From Candidatus Hermodarchaeota archaeon (lineage in GTDB: Archaea; Asgardarchaeota; Lokiarchaeia; Sigyniarchaeales; SOKP01), in the NCBI GenBank assembly GCA_048885535.1, contig JBHLLO010000025.1:1-41295 (forward strand): a stretch of DNA of 41,295 nucleotides, written 5' to 3'. Position numbers and translations under genes: made by a program. A model generated the notes under the pieces. It ran no database searches, had not been told where the DNA came from, and saw nothing but the letters and a program-made list of their open reading frames with translations. Shown piece by piece: positions 9,773-19,526 of the stretch (its first letter is position 1; the number at the start of each line of letters is the position of its first letter).

Positions 9773-10420
9773 TTATATAGCTTCTGAATGTTTCTTAAGT
9801 AAATCTTCATTAGTTTTACCCATTTTAATCGCTAGCTCAGCTATAATTGAATCCAAGTATACAAAAGCTGCGATCTCAAAATTAGTACCTTCAGGAGTAA
9901 GTAGAGCTGTATCATCATGACGATCAACTTTATCACGTTTCGTTCTACCTTTTAATTTAATCGTAATATCTGAAATTCTCCCAACAATAGATTCAGGATG
10001 TGAAGTTATCGAAATAATACCATGAGGTTTCACATTATTCACGTAATTTTTCAATAGAGAAACAACAATCTCAGTTGTTCCCGAGCCCGATAAAATTATC
10101 AATATATCATTCAATGTAAGTGCTGGAATTGAAGCTAAATTTGTTACCATATAAACATCTGCTCCTAAATGGACTAGGCGAGTTGCAAAGCATTGTAAAA
10201 TAAAAGCAGAGCGTCCACTAGCTAATAAGAATAGTTTTCGCTTATTCTTAAGAGCATCATATAAATAATCTATGAATTTCTGAGTATGCATGAAATATTT
10301 ATTCTTTTTTAGATGAACCATATTATCTTCGAGGTTTTTCATCATTAACTCCATAGCTCGGAAAAGAATATCTTTCGCTTTACCATTTACTTCAATTTGA
10401 TCGTTAGCTTTATTAGCCAT
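9773..10420 (-). CDS. hxlB: SIS-domain 6-phospho-3-hexuloisomerase-like protein
   Basis: SGRS, FA.RL.HLG, LSGSG.T, ITS.PES, P.GT.FE and a C-terminal KH motif. Confidence 0.8.
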   Translation of the reverse strand: MANKANDQIEVNGKAKDILFRAMELMMKNLEDNMVHLKKNKYFMHTQKFIDYLYDALKNKRKLFLLASGRSAFILQCFATRLVHLGADVYMVTNLASIPALTLNDILIILSGSGTTEIVVSLLKNYVNNVKPHGIISITSHPESIVGRISDITIKLKGRTKRDKVDRHDDTALLTPEGTNFEIAAFVYLDSIIAELAIKMGKTNEDLLKKHSEAI

Positions 10421-10607
10421 CTTAATTCACTTTTTTATTTTGAAGATACAATAATCATAAGTAATGATTTTAAAAATAAATTTGGGTTATTATAATTTTT
10501 AATTTAAGTCTTTTAAAATTCAATTATCAAAGCATTAATTTTTTTTTAACAGATTTCTTACCATTACATAAGGATCCAAATAATTATTTTAATTCTTTAC
10601 ACTAAGT

Positions 10608-11072
10608 GTGATAAATGTGAGACCTTTAGATCTACTTGGAATGATTTTAACAATAATAGGGGTAAATATTATCATAGTTGGTTTGTTTTTAATAATAACA
10701 ATTCCTCCAGTTAGCTATCCCTACACTATTTTTCAACCTTTAAGAGTTGCTGCTGGTATAATTATAATGATTGGCGCTTCAATATTTGTAATTGGAATAA
10801 TAATACGAATAGTATCTTATATAACAAAAGATAAAGTATCCAAAAGAGACCTTTTATTAGAACTCATAAACGATATTGTAAATTATTTAAAAATGAATAA
10901 AGGAAAAGCTTTTACTATGAAGGCTTTACTAAACAGAATTAATATAGACGATCAAATTGAAATTGATCAAGCTGTTATTAGGGCGTATTTACATGATTTT
11001 ATTATTAGAAATGAAATTAAATCTCAACTAAAAGATGGAGAAGAGTTCCTTATATATATAAAGGATATATAG
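10608..11072 (+). CDS. Hypothetical membrane protein (2 TM plus a possible winged-helix C-terminal domain)
   Basis: Two hydrophobic segments followed by IVNYLKMNKGKAFTMKALLNRI...L..FI....IKS......F. Confidence 0.6.
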   Translation: MINVRPLDLLGMILTIIGVNIIIVGLFLIITIPPVSYPYTIFQPLRVAAGIIIMIGASIFVIGIIIRIVSYITKDKVSKRDLLLELINDIVNYLKMNKGKAFTMKALLNRINIDDQIEIDQAVIRAYLHDFIIRNEIKSQLKDGEEFLIYIKDI

Positions 11073-11150
11073 AATTGAGTATTAATTAAGTAAAAAATAA
11101 ATAAAAAATTGACACTATTATACAAAATAATTAAAATTTTGTGAATTATT

Positions 11151-12068
11151 TTGAATGAAATCCTTTTAGATATGTTAAAAGAAGTATTTGAAAATAATAA
11201 TCTTAACCGTCTTCCAGAAAAATATGGTGGAGGGAAAATCTTTTCTCAACCCTTAATTGGTGTCGCTCGCGGTGATGACCCTATTTTCTTCAAATTCAAA
11301 GAAACAGTGGGACCTGAACACCTAACTCCATTAGAAATGTGGTTGGCAAGCGGGCAAAAACAATTACCAATATCAAGCCTTTATATCTTATCTATCATAT
11401 TTCCATTTGTTGATAAGATTCGCAATGAAGGGAACATTCCAATCACATTACCAAAGATAATATTACCTGCTGAAATTTATTCCGTCGCAAGAAATTTTGC
11501 TAAAGACTTTAGAAACTATATAATGAGAGAAACTCTTAATTTTTTTCAAACTCAAGGTTATATTGCAATTTCTGGAAAACTAAGTGATGCATATACTTTG
11601 ATCGCAAAGAAAGAATTTTATTCCACGTGGTCTGAAAACCATATTGCGTTTGCTACTGGATTAGGAACCTTTGGACTGCATGAAGGAATTATTACTGAAG
11701 TTGGTAGCAATGTTAGGTTAGCTTCATTGATTACAAATGCCCCACTTCAAGTAACTCCAAGGAAAAGTGATGAACCATATGCAAATTGTCTTTATTTTGC
11801 TAAAGCTACATGTAGAGAGTGTGCTAAAAAATGTCCTGCTAATGCAATTACAGAAAAAGGGTATGATAAAACAAAATGTAATAAATATCGAAATAGGGTC
11901 GCAAGAGAAATGGTACCACGCCTAAAATCTATTCTTAAATCATATAGTCGGCGTGTTAATTGGAAGTATAAAGCACATAACTTTCCTGTAGGTTGCGAAT
12001 TATGCCAATTCGGAGTTCAATGTACAGATAAGAACCCTTTAGCAAGTCATTATATGGACTGGTACTGA
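11151..12068 (+). CDS. QueG/reductive-dehalogenase-like 4Fe-4S dicluster protein
   Basis: WSE.HIAFA.GLGTFG, IT..GS.VRL.S.IT, C...C..C...CP..AI and GC..CQ..V.C. Confidence 0.75.
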   Translation: MNEILLDMLKEVFENNNLNRLPEKYGGGKIFSQPLIGVARGDDPIFFKFKETVGPEHLTPLEMWLASGQKQLPISSLYILSIIFPFVDKIRNEGNIPITLPKIILPAEIYSVARNFAKDFRNYIMRETLNFFQTQGYIAISGKLSDAYTLIAKKEFYSTWSENHIAFATGLGTFGLHEGIITEVGSNVRLASLITNAPLQVTPRKSDEPYANCLYFAKATCRECAKKCPANAITEKGYDKTKCNKYRNRVAREMVPRLKSILKSYSRRVNWKYKAHNFPVGCELCQFGVQCTDKNPLASHYMDWY

Positions 12069-12175
12069 CTTGAAGATTTATCCATAATCGATATTAATTA
12101 GCATGATTAAATGATTAAAAAAATCATTCAATGAGTTGAATAAAAAAAATTAATAAAAAATGTTAAAATTAATTT

Positions 12176-12565
12176 CTATTTCTTTTGCTGTTGGATATAG
12201 AAATACAAAACTAACACAAAGAACACCATTTGTATCGCGAAAAACAACCATCCTGCCCATCCTGTATTATCAAGAAAAACACCGAGAAGCTGAATAATTC
12301 CTCCAGTAATACAGAGAATTACATCAAGAATAATAAATAACTCAATTTTCTCCCAATCTTTCTCTCTAAAAGCTATGAATGAGATGAACGCTAAGCTAAG
12401 AAATATTACTCCAATATATCTTCCAGCTGTTGGGTCCACGATTGGCCAATCGATCCAATCTGCGAAAGTTTGAACAAAAAATGTAAAAAATATACCAAAA
12501 ACAAGCCATGTAACTAACTGTAAAATAAGTACAATTTTTAAACCTTTTAAAACTTCTGTTGGCAT
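12176..12565 (-). CDS. Hypothetical 4-TM membrane protein
   Basis: Four hydrophobic helices; WP..DP..GRY.G motif. Confidence 0.7.
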   Translation of the reverse strand: MPTEVLKGLKIVLILQLVTWLVFGIFFTFFVQTFADWIDWPIVDPTAGRYIGVIFLSLAFISFIAFREKDWEKIELFIILDVILCITGGIIQLLGVFLDNTGWAGWLFFAIQMVFFVLVLYFYIQQQKK

Positions 12566-12729
12566 TTGAATTTACCCTTTATTTTTATTAAATGTGTGAC
12601 AAAAATTTATGTAAGCTTTGTTATAAATCTTTTTAATAATTATTTTCAGGTTTAATTAAGAAAAAATAAAGATCGGTCTATAGTAATTTAATATATATTT
12701 ACGTCTAATTTTCCATTATAAAAAATTTA

Positions 12730-14730
12730 ATGAAAAAATTAAAGGGAAAATTCATGAAATTTAATCGAAAAAATCTTTTTATATTAATAATCTTCATATT
12801 AACTCCCACTATTCTAGTAGGAACTATAATTTCTTTTAATGGAAATCAAGTAACTGGATTAACAGACCTAAATGAAATACAAAATAATCTATTCACTTCA
12901 AATTATGACCAATTTTCTAAAGGCAATTTTACTGGCTATGAATTCTCTTACTATAACTTATCTGTTTATTTAGATGAAGACACTTCTAAAGTAGCTGGGA
13001 ATTTAACTGTTAATTATTATAATGCTGATCCTGTAAACTTTTCTCAGATACCGTTCCACATTTATCCTTCTGGAATGAGATATGACACAAGACCAGGGTA
13101 CATGGAAATATTAAATGTAACAACCACAGAAGATCCTAAAGAAGAATTAGATTTTGATTTCTATAATAGTACTCAATTAATGTGGGTAAATTTAACGACT
13201 GAGTTAGAACCTGGAAATCGAACATCATTTATTATATCATTCAATACGACGCTTCCAGATGGGGGAATAGATCGTGCAAATGAACATGGATGGGACCATA
13301 ACCAAACGCGTATTTTTAAATTCTCACATTGCTATCCTCAACCTTGTGTGTATGATGAATTTGATGGGTGGAATATTGATCCTTATATTACCACTTTTGG
13401 TGATCCATTCTATTTTGACATGGCTTATTACGATTTAGTTATAAATGTGCCAGAAAACATGACAGTAGCTGCAACAGGAGCATTAATAGAAAATTTTACA
13501 ATAGGAGATAGAACAATCCATCATTTTAATCCTCGTTTACCTGTACGTGAAGTTACCTTTTCAGCATCTCGTTATTTTATAGTAGAATCTGTTGAGGTCA
13601 AAGCAGATCCTACAAATGTTACAGTTTCAACCTATTTTCTTCCAAAATCCTATTGGTTATGGCACGATTACGCTATGGACTGCATCAGTGCTGGTGGTTT
13701 ATTTAATCTTACATTTGGAGATTATCCATATCCTTCATTAAATGTTGTCCAAGAATACACTCATTATGGAGGGATGGAATATCCTTGCCAAGTCTATGCA
13801 TCTGAAGCAGCAGATTATGCGTCTAACCCTTGGGTATACCTTGAGACGGTTATTGTCCATGAAGTCGGTCACCAATGGTTTTATAATTTGGTGGGGGTTG
13901 ATGAAGTTGATTGGGGCTTCTTAGATGAAGGGATTGTTTGCTGGATTACAGATTGGGCTAAAGACTATTTTCATCCCTCTTGGCACCTTTTTGAACCATA
14001 TTGGTTAATGGATTATGTATGGTATTATTCAATGGATGTTGGTTTACCTAATAGAATTAATCAATCTGTTTATGACTGTATAGCTACGGGTACCAATTAT
14101 TGGTATACAGCATATAGAAAAGCTCCAGTTGTTTTTGAAAATTTACGGCGAATAATAGGTACTGAAAAACTTCTGGAAGGGTTGACCATTTTTACTCATG
14201 AATATTACTTTGAAATTGCTACATTTGATGATTTTATACAGTCAATTGAGACTGCAATAGGAGCATCACTCGATTGGTTCTTTTTTCCTTGGTTCGATAA
14301 TCCTTATCTTCCAAAATATAACTTTACAAGTGTGGTATATGATACCCAAAGTAAGTTGATAAATATTACTATAGAGGATGTTAATGAACACCTAAATCCA
14401 TATAGTTATTCGCAACCAATTCCAATTGAAATTTATAGTAGTAGTACAACTTTAGAATTCAGCAGTTCTGAATGGGTTAATGGCACTACTTCTTTAATAA
14501 TCCCAATTGAAACGATTCCTAATAGAGTAGTATTAAATTATTCAGAGAATATTCCTGTTCAATTATCTGAATACGGTATAACATACTTAGAAACTACAGA
14601 TATTACAATTATATTTAGTCCCGTGCAACAAATTCCAGGTTATCACATTTCAATTATTATACTTACTGTATGTGCCTCTGGATTGATTATAATAGCTAAA
14701 AAGAAACTTAAAGTAGTTCCTTCAAAATAA
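12730..14730 (+). CDS. Secreted, surface-anchored M1-family zinc aminopeptidase with an IPGY (Loki-CTERM-like) C-terminal anchor
   Basis: N-terminal signal/TM, GGMEY exopeptidase motif, HEVGH-x18-E, AYRKA, many NxS/T sites, and IPGY+TM+KKK tail; the real start may be the ATG at 12754. Confidence 0.88.
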   Translation: MKKLKGKFMKFNRKNLFILIIFILTPTILVGTIISFNGNQVTGLTDLNEIQNNLFTSNYDQFSKGNFTGYEFSYYNLSVYLDEDTSKVAGNLTVNYYNADPVNFSQIPFHIYPSGMRYDTRPGYMEILNVTTTEDPKEELDFDFYNSTQLMWVNLTTELEPGNRTSFIISFNTTLPDGGIDRANEHGWDHNQTRIFKFSHCYPQPCVYDEFDGWNIDPYITTFGDPFYFDMAYYDLVINVPENMTVAATGALIENFTIGDRTIHHFNPRLPVREVTFSASRYFIVESVEVKADPTNVTVSTYFLPKSYWLWHDYAMDCISAGGLFNLTFGDYPYPSLNVVQEYTHYGGMEYPCQVYASEAADYASNPWVYLETVIVHEVGHQWFYNLVGVDEVDWGFLDEGIVCWITDWAKDYFHPSWHLFEPYWLMDYVWYYSMDVGLPNRINQSVYDCIATGTNYWYTAYRKAPVVFENLRRIIGTEKLLEGLTIFTHEYYFEIATFDDFIQSIETAIGASLDWFFFPWFDNPYLPKYNFTSVVYDTQSKLINITIEDVNEHLNPYSYSQPIPIEIYSSSTTLEFSSSEWVNGTTSLIIPIETIPNRVVLNYSENIPVQLSEYGITYLETTDITIIFSPVQQIPGYHISIIILTVCASGLIIIAKKKLKVVPSK

Positions 14731-14826
14731 ACCTATTTTTTTTTAATTCTAATTGAATTATTTCAATTAACTTATTATTTCTTTATAAAGAACAAAGGAG
14801 ATAAATGATTATAAGACTCTACATCT

Positions 14827-14852
14827 AAAAAAATTAAAAAAAAAGAAAAAAA
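14827..14852 (-). terminator. Oligo-U tract downstream of the histone gene (archaeal intrinsic terminator)
   Basis: Long A runs on the + strand read as T runs on the - strand about 45 bp after the histone stop codon. Confidence 0.5.
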
Positions 14853-14895
14853 TGAGTAGATTATTCTTTTAGAACCCCAATCTTCTGATTTAATT

Positions 14896-15114
14896 TTACT
14901 TGTATTTAATCGCTAGGAGTAGGTCGTTCTTTGTGATTTTCTTGCGGTTTGCGTGCATTGTGAATTGTCTTGCTTTATCAGTTAAAGCACTTGCACTCTT
15001 TTCGAGATGATCAATTAATAAATCAACTGCGTTTCTTGCTACAATGCTAGCACCTTGTTGCTTCATTAATCTACGAATTGGGCTCCAAGCGAATGAGTGT
15101 TTCTTTTTAGCCAT
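14896..15114 (-). CDS. Archaeal histone (HMf-like histone fold)
   Basis: FAWSPIRRLMK..GA..V...AV, HANRKKI...D; GGAGG Shine-Dalgarno upstream on the - strand (15123-15127). Confidence 0.93.
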   Translation of the reverse strand: MAKKKHSFAWSPIRRLMKQQGASIVARNAVDLLIDHLEKSASALTDKARQFTMHANRKKITKNDLLLAIKYK

Positions 15115-15677
15115 AATTTTATTCCTCCACTTTTTTGTGAAATTTTTTTTATCTTTTTAATTTTTAATTTTTTTTGAGGTTATATTTAGAGTATCTTAGA
15201 TAATAATATATCCGAAGAGTTATTTAAATGTTATGTAGTATCGTGAAGAGGATGGGAAATTAAACTCATAAAAAATTACGACAAAAAATTTTTGTTTTGA
15301 ATTAACAGTTAAGATCTATGGTATATCAGAAGGTGATCATACATCGGAAATGAATTAATTTTGTTAGTATCACCATTATTCAAATTTTAAAACCGAATAA
15401 CATGTCTTTTAATTTGAATTGACTATGATTCAATAGAAAATTAAAAAATATACAGTTAAAAAAAATTATCCATGATAAGTATTATATCATTTTATATCTG
15501 ATCACTTGGTGGGTAACTATTCAAAAAAGATGAACTGATTTTATTAGACTAAAAACATTTCAATTATGAAAATTGAAAAACACTTTGTATATTTTAAATT
15601 TTTTATAATAGAATCGAGATTAAAGAAATTTTGTATTAAAAAGTTAAATTCCCACTCTAAGGTACATCATAAAATAT

Positions 15678-15705
15678 TTGATCATAGTCAATAAGTTATG
15701 ATCAA
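15678..15705. promoter_or_regulatory. Palindromic operator-like site TTGATCATA-N10-TATGATCAA
   Basis: Perfect 9-bp inverted repeat in the long divergent intergenic region; function inferred only. Confidence 0.35.
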
Positions 15706-15957
15706 TGTAAGAAAGAAACTTTAATCCTAAACTTGAACTCACCCAAGTAATTGTAAAATGAAGGATAATTGGGTTGTAATGAGGATAAAAGGCTTTTATT
15801 TTTTAAGACATCAAGTGAATTATCACATTCAAATTTTGCTAAATTATGAATAAATTTTAAAAATAGATTTATCTTAATTTTAGGTAAAATGTTTTTAAAT
15901 TAGTTTAAAATCATTCATTAAACTTTAAAAATGTTAATTCAAAAAGGCGTGAGATGA

Positions 15958-16440
15958 ATGGGAAAAGCAAAGACTTTTGAACAAGCAAGAGTAGAAGCAG
16001 TGATGGCAGGATTGACGAACCAACCTATAACAGAAGTATATTTTAGTAGATATGAGAGAAATAAAAGTCTTTTACCAAAGATATTTTATCCAATTCTTGA
16101 CTACTTCAAAAGTGTTGATAAAGAGCAATACTTCTTTGGTGAACAAAGAAAATCAAGAGAAAGGCATTACAATTATATTAGTCCTGCTTTAAAATTGTAT
16201 GTTGAACTTTTTGATATCCCCATTAAAACGGTTGGCTTCGGGAAAACACCTCATGCCTTTCAGGTGAGAATCTATAGTGATAATGAACAGAAAACGCATG
16301 ATATAGCAGTGATACCAACAACTCTTTTTAAAAAAAGAAATATCATTGAAGATTCGGATTGGCCTAGTATTGAAATAATTTTTAACGTTAAAAGAGATGA
16401 TTGTATACATCTATGGAAGTTTTTATTAAATATATCTTGA
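15958..16440 (+). CDS. Hypothetical protein, 160 aa
   Basis: ATG start and globular-like composition; no motif recognised. Confidence 0.7.
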   Translation: MGKAKTFEQARVEAVMAGLTNQPITEVYFSRYERNKSLLPKIFYPILDYFKSVDKEQYFFGEQRKSRERHYNYISPALKLYVELFDIPIKTVGFGKTPHAFQVRIYSDNEQKTHDIAVIPTTLFKKRNIIEDSDWPSIEIIFNVKRDDCIHLWKFLLNIS

Positions 16441-16656
16441 TTTTATAACACGATTGAGGGCCCTAATATGCCAAAAAAAATTGAATAATTCCACTTGGAA
16501 TTACAATAGGAGGTCTAATCCCTACCATTGTGATTATAGCAGTTACACTCTTATATTTTTACTTTGAATTGAAATAAAATGTTTTATATTGTAAACAAAA
16601 ATTTTAATTAATTCTCATTATTTATATTATCAAAATAATTCAATTATTGAAATATT

Positions 16657-17277
16657 ATGTCTGAACAACAAATAATGATACCCGGAGCTGCTTCAGTAGC
16701 CATCAAATGTAAGGATGGAGTAGTTCTTGGAAGTGATCGGCGCGCTACTTGGGGATATTCAGTAGTTAATAAGGCTACACAGAAAGTCTTCAAAATTACG
16801 GACTATATTGGATTATGTGCATATGGACTTATTGGAGATTTTCAGATTTTGGTGAAAATCCTTCGAGCTCAGGCAAACCTCTATGAGCTCGATGCAGGTG
16901 ATAGGATAAATACACAAAGTTTGGCTAAATTAGTATCAAATTTTCTGTATTCTCGTAAGATGATGCCCTTGTATACTAATCTTGTAGTAGCTGGTATGGA
17001 TAAAGATGGTCCAAAGCTATATACTCTTGATGCAATTGGATCATTGATACCAGATGATTATGGAGCTGCTGGAACAGGAATGTTGTTTTCTTATGGTATA
17101 CTTGAGGCAGAATATAAGAAAGACATGACCATTGCGGAAGGGGAAAAGCTTGTTGAAAAGACTATAAGGAACGCGGTAAAAAGGGATGCCATGTCTGGTA
17201 ATGGAATTGACCTCTTAATTATTACTAAGGATGGAGCAAAAGAGAAATTTATTGAAATAAAGGAGTTAGGAGAATAA
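16657..17277 (+). CDS. psmB: 20S proteasome beta subunit lacking the catalytic Thr1
   Basis: KDGVVLGSDRRAT, KVFKI, G..GD.Q, VAG.D..GP.LY..D..GS and RD..SG.GID; Ala where G|TTT is expected. Confidence 0.92.
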   Translation: MSEQQIMIPGAASVAIKCKDGVVLGSDRRATWGYSVVNKATQKVFKITDYIGLCAYGLIGDFQILVKILRAQANLYELDAGDRINTQSLAKLVSNFLYSRKMMPLYTNLVVAGMDKDGPKLYTLDAIGSLIPDDYGAAGTGMLFSYGILEAEYKKDMTIAEGEKLVEKTIRNAVKRDAMSGNGIDLLIITKDGAKEKFIEIKELGE

Positions 17278-17347
17278 AACTATAATTTATTTTCTATAGA
17301 AGATTTTTTCATAAAAAAATACTTTTTCTAATATCTTAACAATTTCT

Positions 17348-19459
17348 GTGAAATTGCTAAAAATTTTATTGAATGTTAATTTTTTTACTAGTGAGCTTGA
17401 GTTATTAGCGTTGGTGGATTCATTGTACCTATTTGGTAATACCTTCAAAGACGTCAGAGAGATAAAAGGATATAAGATGGAAGAAATTCTGGAAATTAAG
17501 AATAGAATATTAAAATTTAATTCTGATAAAGCAGAATTAGACAAATTTATAAGATCAGAGTTCCAATTAGAGCTTTTAGAGCATTATAGTCAATATATTA
17601 ACGATATAAAACAATTCATAGAACAGTATTTAGTCTTAGAATTAGAAAACTCATATTATATAAATTTAAAAAATGAGATACAAAAAGAGTTAAAATTAAT
17701 CTCGAGTAATTTAGCAAATCTAAGCGCCAATGGAAGGAACGTAAAACGTTTTCTTAAAGATAACCAACGCATTAATTATTTTTTAACGCAAACTAAGAAT
17801 CTTCTTAACGAAGCTGATGTCCTTGCTTCAACTCTGAGAAGACATTTCAAAGAAATCGAAAAAGAATACGAAAATGATACAAACTTATGGATAGAATCTA
17901 ATAAAGTCAAAAATCTTAATTTTAAATTGAATAAGCCACCAACTATTTTAACCAATTGGAATGAAATTCAGGAACTAATTATATTTATAGATTCTCTAGT
18001 TGCTGCAAAATCAAGAAGGAAAATAACATCTAAAAAAGAACTCATATTATCTTTCCATTTTGAAGAGCTTTATCAATACTTTTTGAGTAAAGATGATGAA
18101 AAACTAGAAGCTTATGAAGATCTAATATTCCTATTATACCGTAGAAAAGTTTTTGAGGATTATCAAGGAGATGAATTTATTAACATCATTGAAAGAAAAG
18201 ATATCATTAATCACTTAAAAACGAGTATGCATCCTATTTTAATTTCTTTGATTGAGGACAAATTTGAAGTAATATTAAATGAAATAACTGAATTTGATAA
18301 TGAATATAATTTAGAAGGGCAAAAAGGAGAAGTAGACATAAAGAAGTTAATAAAAGAAAAAGTAAAAGTTTTCTTACCAAAAATTGTTGATTTATATTTT
18401 ATTGGATTAGATAAAAAATTTCAATCTTTACTAAATAAAGTAGATGAGAGAAATGCTAATGAATTTGTTAAGATTGTAAATGCTTACTATGAAAAAACAG
18501 ATAACCTTTTGTCTAAAATTGATGAAATTGATACTTGGCTTTTAAGATATGACCAATTCTTGTATCCTTATTCAAACATAACAAGTTCTCTTAAAAAGAC
18601 CTTAGCGAATTTAGCCTCAGAAATTTATCGAAGAAAAGAGGAATATATGGTATACTTGAATAGTATTAAAGATGAAGGTTTAAGAGTTGACATTCGAGCA
18701 TTTGTTGATGAAAAAGTTAGTGAGGTTAACAAATTAATAAGTGTTTATGAAGATAAAACATCAAAAATAATCCGAGAAGAATTACCGCAATTAAAGCAGA
18801 TACGAGAATTATTAAGCGAATATAAGTCCAAAATCGATGATATTAAAAAGGATGTTTATAAAAAATTGAATGCTTTTAAAGAAAATAATATTGACATGTA
18901 TCAGGTTATTAAACACTGGGAGAATAATTTCACTCGGAAGAAGAACCAACTAACTTTTCTCTTAACATTACTAATAAATAAGATTTTCAAAAGTTTTAAA
19001 GACTTAATTGATGAAGAATCTATTCTATTTGCTGAAATAACAGAAATTACAAACCAAACAGAAAATTTTGAAGGCCTTCCTTTAAATTTTGCGCTTTCAG
19101 CATTTCTTGCTGAAAGGTTATCTGAAGAAGATTTGAGAGAACGCATTTCAGAAATAAATGCAAAAATTAATCAATTAACAACGAGCTTGGGTTTATACCA
19201 GGTCGAGCTCTCAAAATTAGAAGAAATTTTATCCAAAAAAGTAAAAATAAGGCAAGGTGTTTCTGTATCTAAAATTCAATGCACTGTTTGTCATAAAAAC
19301 ATTAATTTTGCGAAAGATAAATTAATAACATGTCCTTTTTGTGGGAGTACATATCATTATTTATGTGTAGCTGATTGGTTGTCAAAACAAAATACTTGTC
19401 CTATGTGTATGAATCACTTCCTTGAACCATATTCTGGTTTATTTGAAACTGATGACTAA
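17348..19459 (+). CDS. Large helical/coiled-coil protein with a C-terminal C4HC3 RING-type finger (putative E3 ligase)
   Basis: C-x2-C-x13-C-x2-C-x4-H-x2-C-x3-W-x6-CPMC at the C-terminus; likely true start is the ATG at 17477. Confidence 0.8.
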   Translation: MKLLKILLNVNFFTSELELLALVDSLYLFGNTFKDVREIKGYKMEEILEIKNRILKFNSDKAELDKFIRSEFQLELLEHYSQYINDIKQFIEQYLVLELENSYYINLKNEIQKELKLISSNLANLSANGRNVKRFLKDNQRINYFLTQTKNLLNEADVLASTLRRHFKEIEKEYENDTNLWIESNKVKNLNFKLNKPPTILTNWNEIQELIIFIDSLVAAKSRRKITSKKELILSFHFEELYQYFLSKDDEKLEAYEDLIFLLYRRKVFEDYQGDEFINIIERKDIINHLKTSMHPILISLIEDKFEVILNEITEFDNEYNLEGQKGEVDIKKLIKEKVKVFLPKIVDLYFIGLDKKFQSLLNKVDERNANEFVKIVNAYYEKTDNLLSKIDEIDTWLLRYDQFLYPYSNITSSLKKTLANLASEIYRRKEEYMVYLNSIKDEGLRVDIRAFVDEKVSEVNKLISVYEDKTSKIIREELPQLKQIRELLSEYKSKIDDIKKDVYKKLNAFKENNIDMYQVIKHWENNFTRKKNQLTFLLTLLINKIFKSFKDLIDEESILFAEITEITNQTENFEGLPLNFALSAFLAERLSEEDLRERISEINAKINQLTTSLGLYQVELSKLEEILSKKVKIRQGVSVSKIQCTVCHKNINFAKDKLITCPFCGSTYHYLCVADWLSKQNTCPMCMNHFLEPYSGLFETDD

Positions 19460-19526
19460 TAATATTCTAACCGCTAACCTAGAATCCAAAGTTGCTTAAC
19501 TTGAATAATTTTCTTCAACTTTCGAT

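Noticed and set aside
12066-12100. Possible selenocysteine read-through of TGA stops (e.g. 12068, 16440, 40000), since Lokiarchaeia use Sec
   Set aside because: The proteins look complete at these stops, the TGAs do not align with expected Cys positions, and I recognised no SECIS.
14791-14828. GGAG followed by ATG, giving a 7-codon ORF (MIIRLYI)
   Set aside because: Too short, sits between convergent gene ends, and has no other support.
15566-15694. 42-codon ORF in the large intergenic region
   Set aside because: Composition mirrors AT-rich non-coding DNA; no Shine-Dalgarno or motif.
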